From an uncultured Alphaproteobacteria bacterium (GTDB lineage: Bacteria; Pseudomonadota; Alphaproteobacteria; CAAHEQ01; UBA3637): a stretch of 64,000 bases of DNA. Below, piece after piece: positions 48,184 to 57,985 of this stretch. The stretch is from contig CALXZG010000001.1 of the NCBI GenBank assembly GCA_944393195.1, positions 68,921 through 132,920 of the forward strand, in the 5' to 3' direction. The notes beneath the pieces were generated by a model. That model did not search any database. It saw nothing but the letters and a program-made list of their open reading frames with translations, and had not been told where the DNA came from. Positions within the stretch are counted from its first letter, which is position 1; each line of letters starts with the position of its first letter. The position numbers were made by a program, and so were the translations under genes.

Positions 48184-48998
48184 TATTTTCTCCCCTTCCG
48201 TTCTTCTTTTTGCGCAGTATTGTTCTCGATTGTCTCTGTTTTTGATTGTTTGGTCATTGTCCCCATGTCGGCCAAAATGGTTTCACCGGCAACGGCTACC
48301 TGTCCCAACTTAACTTGCGGATAAACCCCTTCCGGCAAAAAGACGTCCAATCGGCTACCGAACCGAATCATACCGAATATTTCACCGGCTTTTAATTTTT
48401 GTCCGATTTGTAACGGACAATAAATCCGACGGGCTACCAATCCGGCAATTTGTATCACGCCGATTTTAACTCCGTTGTTCGCAATAATTGCAATTTCCTG
48501 CCGTTCATTATCTTCACTGTCTTTTTCCGCAACACTGATGAATTTTCCCGGTCGGTAATGTAATTTATCTACCACACCCGATACCGGTGACCGATTTACG
48601 TGCACATTAAAAACACTCATGAAAATACTGACGCGTGTCATCGGTTTGTCCCCCAATCCCAATTCTTTGGGCGGAACAACCGGTTTTATGTTGCTGACAA
48701 TACCGTCTGCCGGCGCGATAATTAAATTATCCCCGTCCGGTGTAACACGATCCGGATTGCGGAAAAAGTAAAAAGCAAACACCAAAAACGGGATGCCAAG
48801 CCACCAAAAGGAGGGCAGGGGCATATCAAATAAGTGCGCTACCCCCATTCGTAAGCCGTCTAACAAAGCGATAATAATAACGGCGGCGGCTATGATTTTC
48901 CACCCCTCCGGATGCAGGGAAGGAAATAAATACCGCCCCCAGGATAAATCTACTTTATCCAAATCGGCCTGTGTGGGGAAAATATAGTTTTGTGTCAT
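48183..48998 (-). CDS. psd: Phosphatidylserine decarboxylase
   Basis: FFRNP.R, APADG, FMSVFNVHVNRSP, FGSR self-cleavage site. Confidence 0.95.
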   Translation of the reverse strand: MTQNYIFPTQADLDKVDLSWGRYLFPSLHPEGWKIIAAAVIIIALLDGLRMGVAHLFDMPLPSFWWLGIPFLVFAFYFFRNPDRVTPDGDNLIIAPADGIVSNIKPVVPPKELGLGDKPMTRVSIFMSVFNVHVNRSPVSGVVDKLHYRPGKFISVAEKDSEDNERQEIAIIANNGVKIGVIQIAGLVARRIYCPLQIGQKLKAGEIFGMIRFGSRLDVFLPEGVYPQVKLGQVAVAGETILADMGTMTKQSKTETIENNTAQKEERKGRK

Positions 48999-49130
48999 GG
49001 CTACTCCTCGTTTAAATATTGCATTGCATTTAGTTTAAAACATTTTCGGATAAAATCAAAGCACTTTTTACAAATTTTTGAAAAAAAATATCTTGACAAT
49101 CTGTTTCGTGTCGTGTATCTTACTTTCCGT

Positions 49131-49217
49131 GCCCAGATGGCGAAATTGGTAGACGCGCTAGTTTCAGGTGCTAGTCCTGTCAAAGGGGTGGAGGTTCGAG
49201 TCCTCTTCTGGGCACCA
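49131..49217 (+). tRNA. tRNA-Leu(CAG)
   Basis: 87 nt with long variable arm; anticodon loop TTCAGGT; CCA end. Confidence 0.96.
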
Positions 49218-49437
49218 TTCCAAAAAACTATAACAAAGGCCTTTCGTTGCAAAACGAAAGGTCATTTTTTATGTGAATCGGTTTTGTTGCGATGTTTGTC
49301 ATAAGATACTTTGCTCTTTTGGCGTAAACGGTAACCCGGCTTCCGACCGTCTGTTGTCCGACTGTATCTTTTTTCTTGCTTTTCCCCGGCTGATGTTGTA
49401 TAAAAAACCATTATTAACAGAAATAAATGAGGTTAAA

Positions 49438-50049
49438 ATGCCTGAAATTCATGTATGTAATGGTGATTTGCCGGCCGGCCTGACTTGGGGCAAGGCCGTA
49501 GCGGTTGATACCGAAACAATGGGATTGGATTTACTCCGGGATCGTTTGTGTTTGGTGCAAATCGGGGACGGTTGCGGTCATGCGTATTTGGTTCGTATTT
49601 TGCCCGGTTGCGATTGTCCGAACCTGAAAAAATTATTAACCGATGACACTATTTTAAAGATTTTTCATTTTGCCCGTTTTGATGTCGCTAAAATCAAACA
49701 TGATCTCGGTATCGTTGTCGCGCCGGTTTATTGTACGAAAATAGCCTCTAAATTATGTCGTACAAATGCCCCCGCACACGGATTGAAAAGCCTGTGTGGC
49801 GATTTACTCGGTGTCACGCTTGATAAAGAACAACAAACATCGGATTGGGGGGCTGATACCCTGACACCGGAACAGCAACGGTATGCGGCTAATGACGTCC
49901 TGTATCTGCATGCCTTGAAAGAAAAATTGGATATCCTGTTGGCAAGGGAAGGACGCGCCGATTTGGCGCAACAATGCTTTGCTTTTTTGCCGACCCGTGC
50001 GGATCTGGATTTACTGCATTTTGATGCACCCGATGTTTTCGCTCATTAA
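49438..50049 (+). CDS. rnd: Ribonuclease D (short DEDD form)
   Basis: AVDTET, FHFARFD, QTSDW, YAANDV. Confidence 0.9.
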   Translation: MPEIHVCNGDLPAGLTWGKAVAVDTETMGLDLLRDRLCLVQIGDGCGHAYLVRILPGCDCPNLKKLLTDDTILKIFHFARFDVAKIKHDLGIVVAPVYCTKIASKLCRTNAPAHGLKSLCGDLLGVTLDKEQQTSDWGADTLTPEQQRYAANDVLYLHALKEKLDILLAREGRADLAQQCFAFLPTRADLDLLHFDAPDVFAH

Positions 50050-50064
50050 ATAAAGGAAGAAAGA

Positions 50065-51036
50065 ATGACCCCGACTGAATTAATTACCGCCGCTCAACGT
50101 GTTTTGGATACGGAATCGGCCGCCTTACAACTGATGAAAACCATGATCGGTGATGCTTTTGTGAAAGCCGTTCAAACAATTTTGGAAACCAAAGGTCGCG
50201 TCATCGTTTCCGGTATGGGTAAAAGCGGCCATATCGGTCAAAAAATTGCCGCTACGTTTGCCTCAACGGGAACGCCGGCCTTTTTTGTTCACCCCGGTGA
50301 AGCCAGCCATGGTGATTTGGGTATGCTGACCCCCGATGATGTTTTAATTACCATTTCCAATTCGGGCGAAAGCCGTGAAATGGGGGATATTATTTCTTTC
50401 TCCCGCCGCTTTCATATTCCGATGATTGCCATTACCGGTAATCCGGATAGCTCAATGGCCAAGGCGGCTGATATTACTTTGCTGATTCCGAATAAGACGC
50501 AGGCGCCGGAAGCGTGTCCGCTCGGTTTGGCTCCGACGACATCAACAACAACAACGCTGGCTATGGGGGATGCGTTGGCTGTCGCGTTGATTGAAATGCG
50601 CGGTTTTTCGGCGGCTCAATTCCATGATCGCCATCCGGGCGGAAAACTCGGTAATGTTTTATTAAAAGTTTCCGATGTCATGGCGCGGGATGAGGCTATG
50701 CCGCTTGTCGGTCCGGATATGATGATGTCCGATGCTTTGGTGGTTATGACGGCAAAGAGCTTGGGATGCCTTGGTATCGTGGATGCGGACGGCCGTTTAA
50801 TCGGTGTGATTACGGACGGTGATCTCAGACGCCATATGTCGACCGACTTGATCGGTCGAAAAACGGCGGAGGTCATGACCGCAAACCCCAAAACAATTGC
50901 TCCCGATTTATTGGGTGCTGCCGCTTTGGGTTTTATGAATGATAATAAAATTACCAATCTTTTTGTTGTGGACACGGCCGGCCATCCCGTCGGTTTGTTG
51001 CACCTGCACCATTTGTTGCAGGCCGGTGTTATGTAA
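50065..51036 (+). CDS. kdsD: Arabinose-5-phosphate isomerase (KpsF/GutQ family)
   Basis: GMGKSGHIG, HPGEASHGDLG, APTTST, HPGGKLG, CBS pair. Confidence 0.95.
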   Translation: MTPTELITAAQRVLDTESAALQLMKTMIGDAFVKAVQTILETKGRVIVSGMGKSGHIGQKIAATFASTGTPAFFVHPGEASHGDLGMLTPDDVLITISNSGESREMGDIISFSRRFHIPMIAITGNPDSSMAKAADITLLIPNKTQAPEACPLGLAPTTSTTTTLAMGDALAVALIEMRGFSAAQFHDRHPGGKLGNVLLKVSDVMARDEAMPLVGPDMMMSDALVVMTAKSLGCLGIVDADGRLIGVITDGDLRRHMSTDLIGRKTAEVMTANPKTIAPDLLGAAALGFMNDNKITNLFVVDTAGHPVGLLHLHHLLQAGVM

Positions 51037-51045
51037 AGGAGCCCG

Positions 51046-52080
51046 ATGTTTACGCCACGCCTGTTTAAAATAAAAATGCATACTCGGCGCGTCTTGATTT
51101 TTAAGCGCACGTTGCCGGTTTTTGCTTTTTTCTTGGCTGCACTCATGATTGCTTGGCCGACATTGTTGTCTCAAAAAGAGCAATTTGCTTTGGCGGTTAA
51201 AACGAATAAAAATCAGGCAACGTCGGATGTGGATATGGAACGGGTTCGTTTTTTTGCTCAAGATCGAAAAAATCAACCGTTGACGGTTACGGCGCCCAAA
51301 GTTCGGGAAACCGACCCGGAACGCCAAATTGTTACGCTTTTTGAACCGGTCGCCGTCTATAAAATGCAATCCGGTGTCACCCTGAATGCGCGAACAACAT
51401 ACGGTCTGGCATTTCAAAAAGAAGAATATTTGTATTTTGAAGAGGAAGTGACTGCCACAACGGATACCGGTTATACCGCGCGGGCAACGCGCATCTTGTG
51501 CGATTATAATATCGATAAAATGGAAAGTGAAAGCCCCGTTTTTGTGGACGGTCCGACCGGTCGTTTGCATGCCGAAGGCTTTGTGATTTACAACAAAGGC
51601 AACAATATCGACTTTAAAGGCGAAACCGATACACTTGTTTATTCTGTGGAGGGGAACATTCATGTTCAATCCGAAGACGGATTGTTGATTGATCAAGTTC
51701 CGCAAACAATAACGGCTCGGAAAAATGTTGTTATTACCCAGAATGATAAAACAATCACGGCCGATAAAGCCGTCATGGTGTATAATACGTCTTCACAAAA
51801 TATGGATAACCGAATTGCCCGATTGGATGTGATGGGGCATGTCAGTGTCACATCTCCGACACATAAAATGACCGGAGATAAAGGGATGTACGATCCCCGA
51901 TCCGAAACCCTGCAAATGACGGGTAATGTTGTTTTATATCAAGGTCCTAACCGTTTAGAAGGAGAATCGGCCGTTGTTAATTTAAAAACCGGTGAAAGTA
52001 CACTGGTACCGCGGCAAAATCCGAATACAAATCAACCGGAACGCATTCGCGGACAATTGCTGCCGTCAAGTTTGAATTAG
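51046..52080 (+). CDS. LptC-LptA fusion protein
   Basis: N-terminal TM and LptC-like region, then LptA/OstA-like motifs (ITAD, GHV, TGNVVLYQG, G...VVNL.TG); single ORF between kdsD and lptB. Confidence 0.75.
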   Translation: MFTPRLFKIKMHTRRVLIFKRTLPVFAFFLAALMIAWPTLLSQKEQFALAVKTNKNQATSDVDMERVRFFAQDRKNQPLTVTAPKVRETDPERQIVTLFEPVAVYKMQSGVTLNARTTYGLAFQKEEYLYFEEEVTATTDTGYTARATRILCDYNIDKMESESPVFVDGPTGRLHAEGFVIYNKGNNIDFKGETDTLVYSVEGNIHVQSEDGLLIDQVPQTITARKNVVITQNDKTITADKAVMVYNTSSQNMDNRIARLDVMGHVSVTSPTHKMTGDKGMYDPRSETLQMTGNVVLYQGPNRLEGESAVVNLKTGESTLVPRQNPNTNQPERIRGQLLPSSLN

Positions 52081-52089
52081 GAGGAAATC

Positions 52090-52827
52090 ATGGTCATCAC
52101 ATCACAACCCGGACTTGTTGTCTCTCATCTGAGTAAAAGCTATAAAAAACGGCTTGTACTGCGGGATGTATCCATGCATGTCCAATTAGGTGAAGCCGTC
52201 GGACTTCTGGGACCGAATGGGGCCGGTAAAACGACTTCCTTTTATTGTGTGACGGGCTTGATTTCACCGAATTCGGGGAAAATTATGTTGAACGGTATCG
52301 ATATTACCCGCTTTCCCGTGTATCGCCGTGCCCGTCTCGGGATTGGTTATTTGCCGCAGGAAGCCTCTATTTTTCGCGGATTGAACGTGGAAGATAACAT
52401 TCGCGCTGTTTTAGAGGTTGTTGAAAAAAACGAAGAAAAACGGGAACGGGAATTGGACTCTTTATTAAAAGAGTTTTCAATCGAACATTTGCGCTTTTCT
52501 CCGGCGCGGGCTTTGTCCGGTGGGGAAAGACGTCGTCTTGAAATTGCGCGGGCCTTGGCATCTCGTCCCTCTTTTATTTTGTTGGACGAACCGTTGGCCG
52601 GTATTGACCCGATTGCCGTTGGGGAAATTAAAGAATTGGTCAGCCAATTGAAAAACCGCGGCTTGGGCGTTTTGATTACAGATCACAACGTGCGTGAGAC
52701 TTTGGGAATTATTGATCGTGCTTATATTTTACACGATGGTATTGTCTTAAAACAGGGAACGCCGGACGAAATTATCGCCGACGAAAGTGTGCGTCGTACG
52801 TACCTTGGTAAAAATTTCTCGCTGTAA
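52090..52827 (+). CDS. lptB: LPS export ABC transporter ATPase
   Basis: GPNGAGKTT, YLPQEASIF, LSGGERRR, ITDHNVRETL. Confidence 0.97.
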   Translation: MVITSQPGLVVSHLSKSYKKRLVLRDVSMHVQLGEAVGLLGPNGAGKTTSFYCVTGLISPNSGKIMLNGIDITRFPVYRRARLGIGYLPQEASIFRGLNVEDNIRAVLEVVEKNEEKRERELDSLLKEFSIEHLRFSPARALSGGERRRLEIARALASRPSFILLDEPLAGIDPIAVGEIKELVSQLKNRGLGVLITDHNVRETLGIIDRAYILHDGIVLKQGTPDEIIADESVRRTYLGKNFSL

Positions 52828-52902
52828 TGTGTTTTTTTAGTGGCAAAAAAAAGAAAAGTATGTATAATCGTGCCACTGTTTGATTGAATGAAAGGATATA
52901 GT

Positions 52903-53997
52903 ATGACTCAGGAAACAAAGAAAATCGGCGTTTTGACAAGCGGCGGAGATTGCTCCGGCCTGAATACGGCTATTCGCGCCGTTACGTTCAGCGCGTTGGC
53001 TCGTGGTTGGGAAGTGTATGGTATTCATAATGCGACCGACGGTTTGTTTGTTCGTCCGATGTGGTACCAAAAATTAACGATGGCCGATTTCGAATTCCCG
53101 TATGCGGCACTCGGCGGCACTATGCTCGGTACCAATAACTCGGGTAATCCCCATATCTTGACACGTGAAGACGGAACGGTTGAAGAATTGACGGATGACG
53201 AATTAAATCAACGCTTTGCCGACGGTGTGCGTGAATTGGGGCTGTCCGCTCTGGTCGTAATCGGCGGTGACGGTTCTATGGCGATTGTCAGTAAATATTG
53301 TAAAGCGGCCGGTATTTCCATGATCGGTATCCCCAAAACGATTGATAACGATGCGCCGGGTACGGAAACCGCTATCGGCTTTGCCACCGCTCGTGAAGTT
53401 GTGATGGATGCGCTGGATAAATTGGATACAACGGCGACCAGTCATCATCGTGTAATGATTGCCGAAGTTATGGGACGCGGGGCAGGGCATTTGGCGTTGC
53501 AATCCGCTATTGCCGGTTTTGCGGATGTTGCTTTGATTCCGGAAATTCCGTATACATACGAAGGTGTTGTCAACCGCCTGCGTCAATCATTTGCCGCCGG
53601 TCGTAAGCATGCCTTGGTCGTTGTGGCCGAAGGTATTAAAAATCCGGAAGGGAAACACGCTTTTGCGGTCAATGGTCGGACGTTTGCCGGTATTTCCTCC
53701 TATTTTGCGGAACGTTTGGGGGCGGACGGTTTTAATGTGCGGGCGAATGTGTTGGGCCATATCCAACGCGCCGGAACCCCGATTGCCGAAGACAGATTAT
53801 TGGCTTCCGCCTTTGCCGTTCGTGCTATCGAATTGTTGGCCGACGGACAAAACAATCGTGTTGTCGTTTATCGCGACGGTCGGGTTCAGGATGAAGATTT
53901 GGATGAAATCCTGAAACTGGCCAATACTCCGGTTGATCCGAAAGGTGCCATGGTTAATGTTGCGCGCAGCATGGGAATTTATGTCGGCGAAAAATAA
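52903..53997 (+). CDS. pfkA: ATP-dependent 6-phosphofructokinase
   Basis: TSGGD, IGGDGS, PKTIDND, EVMGR, LGHIQR. Confidence 0.93.
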   Translation: MTQETKKIGVLTSGGDCSGLNTAIRAVTFSALARGWEVYGIHNATDGLFVRPMWYQKLTMADFEFPYAALGGTMLGTNNSGNPHILTREDGTVEELTDDELNQRFADGVRELGLSALVVIGGDGSMAIVSKYCKAAGISMIGIPKTIDNDAPGTETAIGFATAREVVMDALDKLDTTATSHHRVMIAEVMGRGAGHLALQSAIAGFADVALIPEIPYTYEGVVNRLRQSFAAGRKHALVVVAEGIKNPEGKHAFAVNGRTFAGISSYFAERLGADGFNVRANVLGHIQRAGTPIAEDRLLASAFAVRAIELLADGQNNRVVVYRDGRVQDEDLDEILKLANTPVDPKGAMVNVARSMGIYVGEK

Positions 53998-54050
53998 AAC
54001 TTGATTTTATTTTGACAGCCACTATATTATATTATGTAAAGGAGAAAAAA

Positions 54051-54227
54051 ATGGAAAAATTACAAAAACACTTGGACGCTTTAAAAAAACGTCATGCGGA
54101 ATTGGATACGATGATTACGGAAGAATTGGCTCGTCCGATGCCAGATGATATGAAAATTCAAGAATACAAAAAACAAAAATTGGCCATTAAACAGGAAATT
54201 GAAGAAGTCGAAAAAGAATTGGCTTAA
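54051..54227 (+). CDS. DUF465/YdcH-like small protein
   Basis: LKKRHAELD...KKQKLAIKQEI; RBS aaggag. Confidence 0.8.
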   Translation: MEKLQKHLDALKKRHAELDTMITEELARPMPDDMKIQEYKKQKLAIKQEIEEVEKELA

Positions 54228-54245
54228 TTTTTCCGCTACATTACT

Positions 54246-54274
54246 TCCTCCGCCATTCGGCGGAGGATTTTTTT
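54246..54274 (+). terminator. Intrinsic terminator
   Basis: tcctccgcc-attc-ggcggagga followed by T-tract. Confidence 0.85.
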
Positions 54275-54347
54275 GTACCCCTCCTTTTTCAGGGTTGACA
54301 TTACTTTTTTTGTCGCTTAAACTGCCGGTTTATGAATCGGAGGAAAT

Positions 54348-55595
54348 ATGTTCGGGAATCCCCTTAAAGTTTTTAATCTGTCCGTTTTTTTGCAAACACA
54401 GATTTTTATGCTGCCGGTTTTACTGTTGTTTTATCAGCAAAACGGTTTAACGGTCGGTGATTTCTTTTTGTTTCAGGGGATTTTTTCTCTGACGGCTCTT
54501 CTGTTCGAAATTCCGGCCGGCTATATCGGTGATATTTTTCCGCGTAAAAATATCCTTATTCTTTCTTACGTTCTCTTCTTGATGCGCCTTGTCCTTTGGC
54601 TTTTTTTCGCCCACCTCGGTTATTGGATTATTCTGGCCGGTGAAATTTTGTATTCGGCTTCCAAAGCCTTTTATTCCGGTGTTGCCGACGGCTATGTTTA
54701 TGATTATTTAAAAGAAAGCGGTACAACGCATAAAATGCTTGAAAAATACGGCTGCCTTAATTTCTTTATGTCAATCGGAACCGCCATATCCTCGTTGCTC
54801 GGGGCTTACTTTTACGGGACGTTTTCAAAATGGACGCAAGCCCATTGGGGACACGATTACGGCTTTTTGATTCTGATCCTGATTGAAATCGTCTTTAATA
54901 CTGCCGCCCTTTTACTCCTGTTTGCTTTGCCGAAACTGCCATCGGCCAAAACCAAAGTTACCGGATTATGGGAAAAATATAAGGATTTATTTCATATTAC
55001 CCGACGCGCTTTGCGAAACCCGGACATTAAATACCATATGTTTTATTCCGGATTGCTGGCCGGTACAACCATGGTTTTTGTGTGGAGTTTTCAACCTCTC
55101 ATGACAACAGCCCTGATTCCCGTTTCCCTTTTTGGCGTTGTTTATTTTGCCAATCATTTTTTCCGCGCCGTGGCTTCCTATTTTTTACATAAAACGATGC
55201 GCTTTTTTTCTTTACCCGCGTTCGGTGTTGTCACATTCATCATGTTTGCTCTTTCATTCCTGTTGGCCGTAGAAATGGCACATGTCGGTCAACCGAATGT
55301 GTGGATTAGCTTTGGCATACTCTTCTTTATCTGTTTGACAATCGGTTTCCAACTGACTTTTACCTTGGCCAGCACAACCCGTATTCATACTTTAATCAGT
55401 TCGGATATTCGGTCTACCGTCGTTTCCGTTAATTATATGATCGGTCGTATGTGTGCCGGTTTTTTCCTGATTTTGTTCAAGGTGTTGTTGGACGGAGTCT
55501 CGATGCAAACAACATTCATGGTCGCTTTTGGTGTTTTCTTGTTCGGCCTTTACCCGTTGTGGCGTATTGTTCGCTTGCCGAAAATAACGCCCTGA
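54348..55595 (+). CDS. MFS transporter
   Basis: About 12 hydrophobic segments; EIPAGYIGD..PRK motif A-like. Confidence 0.85.
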   Translation: MFGNPLKVFNLSVFLQTQIFMLPVLLLFYQQNGLTVGDFFLFQGIFSLTALLFEIPAGYIGDIFPRKNILILSYVLFLMRLVLWLFFAHLGYWIILAGEILYSASKAFYSGVADGYVYDYLKESGTTHKMLEKYGCLNFFMSIGTAISSLLGAYFYGTFSKWTQAHWGHDYGFLILILIEIVFNTAALLLLFALPKLPSAKTKVTGLWEKYKDLFHITRRALRNPDIKYHMFYSGLLAGTTMVFVWSFQPLMTTALIPVSLFGVVYFANHFFRAVASYFLHKTMRFFSLPAFGVVTFIMFALSFLLAVEMAHVGQPNVWISFGILFFICLTIGFQLTFTLASTTRIHTLISSDIRSTVVSVNYMIGRMCAGFFLILFKVLLDGVSMQTTFMVAFGVFLFGLYPLWRIVRLPKITP

Positions 55596-55643
55596 TACTT
55601 TTTGGGGGTTGAGTTCAGGCCGATTATTTGCTATACTACCCCC

Positions 55644-56945
55644 ATGACAACATTGTTCGATCATTTAACCGAAAAGCCGTTGGCCGACCGTATGCGTCCC
55701 CAATCTCTGACCGATGTCGTGGGGCAAGACCACCTGCTGGGTGAAAAAGGTCCGTTGCGTCGTATGATTGCTTCCGGACGGATGAGTTCCTTTATCCTCT
55801 GGGGACCTCCGGGATGCGGTAAAACAACCATAGCTCGTATTTTGGCTCAGGAAACGAACCTTCATTTTGCATCTCTGTCTGCCGTTTTTTCGGGTGTTTC
55901 CGATTTGCGTAAAGTGTTTCAGGAAGCCCAAAACCGCCGCCGAATGGGGCAGGGAACTCTCCTGTTCGTGGATGAAATTCATCGTTTTAATCGCTCTCAA
56001 CAAGACGGCTTTTTACCCTATGTTGAAGACGGTACCGTCATCCTTGTCGGTGCCACGACGGAAAATCCGTCCTTTGAATTAAACAGCGCGTTACTCAGTC
56101 GGGCAAAAGTCTTTGTCTTAAACCGATTGGATGACGCGGCATTGGATCAGATTTTAGCCAAAGCGGAAACCTTGATGCAACAACCGATTCCGTTGGACGA
56201 AGTCGGTAAAAAGTATCTGAAAAATCTGGCGGACGGGGATGGTCGTTATTTTATCAATTTGATTGAAAGTGTTTTTCAATATGCCTTGCCTGATGAAATT
56301 TTGGATCAGCCGGCTTTGGAACAATTGCTACAAAAACGTTTGCCGAATTACGATAAAGACAGGGAAGGGCATTATAACCTGATTTCCGCGTTGCACAAAT
56401 CCCTTCGTGGTTCGGATCCGGATGCCGGTTTATATTGGCTGGCGCGTATGATTACGGCCGGTGAAGATATGAAATATATCCTACGGCGACTCACTCGGTT
56501 TGCCAGTGAAGATGTCGGTATGGCCGATCCGGGAGCCTTGGTTCAGGCTCATTGCGCTTGGGATTCTTACGAACGCCTCGGTTCTCCGGAAGGTGATTTA
56601 GCCGTTGCCGGCTTGGTTGTATACCTGGCCACGGCGCCTAAATCCAATAGTATCGAATCTGCCTGGAACGAAGTTCGCCGTGTTGCGCAAACAACGGCAA
56701 CCCTGATGCCGCCGAAACATATCCTGAACGCTCCGACAAAATTAATGGCTGATTTAGGGTACAATCGCGGCTATCAATACGATCATGATACAAAAGAGGG
56801 GTTTTCCGGTCAAAATTATTTTCCGGATGATATGCCGCGTCATACGTTTTATAAGCCTGTCGAGCGTGGATACGAACGCGAAATTACAAAAAGATTGGCT
56901 TATTGGAACGAATTACGGCAAAAAATACGTAAATCACAAAAATAA
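55644..56945 (+). CDS. rarA: Replication-associated recombination protein A
   Basis: PLADRMRP, GPPGCGKTT, DEIHRFN, ATTENPSF, SALHKSLRGSD. Confidence 0.96.
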   Translation: MTTLFDHLTEKPLADRMRPQSLTDVVGQDHLLGEKGPLRRMIASGRMSSFILWGPPGCGKTTIARILAQETNLHFASLSAVFSGVSDLRKVFQEAQNRRRMGQGTLLFVDEIHRFNRSQQDGFLPYVEDGTVILVGATTENPSFELNSALLSRAKVFVLNRLDDAALDQILAKAETLMQQPIPLDEVGKKYLKNLADGDGRYFINLIESVFQYALPDEILDQPALEQLLQKRLPNYDKDREGHYNLISALHKSLRGSDPDAGLYWLARMITAGEDMKYILRRLTRFASEDVGMADPGALVQAHCAWDSYERLGSPEGDLAVAGLVVYLATAPKSNSIESAWNEVRRVAQTTATLMPPKHILNAPTKLMADLGYNRGYQYDHDTKEGFSGQNYFPDDMPRHTFYKPVERGYEREITKRLAYWNELRQKIRKSQK

Positions 56946-56998
56946 AACTTGCTTTTTTGTTCCCAATATGTGAAAAATAAGAAAAACAAAGGGGCAAA

Positions 56999-57985
56999 AT
57001 GGCTGTTCAATTAGTAACTGTTAAACCGGAAGATGAAGGTATTCGCTTGGACCGTTGGTTCGCGCGTCATTATCCTGCTTTGAAAAATGGCCAACTGCAA
57101 CGCCTGTTGCGTGCTAAAAATATCAAAGTCAATCATCAAAAAGCGACAACGGCTCAACGTTTGTCCGTTGGGGATGAAATTCGGGTGCCGCCGTTGGATA
57201 CACCCGAAAAAGATAATCTGCCGCGCTCTTTGTCCCGTGCCGATACGGCTTTTATGCAATCCTTGGTTTTGTATCGGGATGATGATGTTATTGTGATTAA
57301 TAAACCGGCCGGTATTGCCGTTCAGGGTGGTTCGAAAACCGAACGCCATATCGACGGTATGTTGGACGCTTTACGCTTTGATAAAACGGAAAAACCGCGC
57401 CTGACACATCGGTTGGATAAAGATACCTCCGGCGTCTTGGTTTTGGGACGTACGGCCAATGCGGCCGCCTGCTTGACGGAGGCTTTTAAAACGCGCGCCG
57501 CCCATAAAATTTATTGGGCCGTCGTTGTCGGAAAACCCAAACTGTTGTCCGGTAAAATAGACGCACCGCTTTCTAAAATGTCCGGTGCCGGCGGCGGAGA
57601 ACAAATGAAAATTGATTTTGATAACGGCCAAAAAGCACAAACCCTGTACCGGGTTGTTGATGCTTTGGGGCGGAAAGCCTCTTGGCTGGAAATGAGTCCT
57701 CTGACCGGTCGTACGCATCAATTGCGCGTGCATGCGGCTCAGGCTTTAAACACACCGATTGTCGGTGACGGGAAGTACGGTTCCGAACGGGCGTATTCTT
57801 TGGGGCTGGCCGATAATCAAAAAATGCACCTGCATGCTCGGGCTATTCGGTTACCGCACCCGAAAAAGGGTATGATTGAAGTTACTGCCCCGTTGCCACC
57901 CCATATGGCAAATACTTTTGCTTTTTTGGGTTTTGATGAAAATGACAGCATTCGTCCGTTTGATTATTTTACAAAGGAGTCCTAA
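56999..57985 (+). CDS. RluA/RluC-family pseudouridine synthase
   Basis: S4 domain, HRLDKDTSG, TGRTHQLRVH, LHA. Confidence 0.93.
   Translation: MAVQLVTVKPEDEGIRLDRWFARHYPALKNGQLQRLLRAKNIKVNHQKATTAQRLSVGDEIRVPPLDTPEKDNLPRSLSRADTAFMQSLVLYRDDDVIVINKPAGIAVQGGSKTERHIDGMLDALRFDKTEKPRLTHRLDKDTSGVLVLGRTANAAACLTEAFKTRAAHKIYWAVVVGKPKLLSGKIDAPLSKMSGAGGGEQMKIDFDNGQKAQTLYRVVDALGRKASWLEMSPLTGRTHQLRVHAAQALNTPIVGDGKYGSERAYSLGLADNQKMHLHARAIRLPHPKKGMIEVTAPLPPHMANTFAFLGFDENDSIRPFDYFTKES

Noticed and set aside
50616-51705. Long antisense ORFs (176 and 265 aa) and similar shadow ORFs elsewhere
   Set aside because: They lie opposite well-supported genes and have no recognisable motifs.
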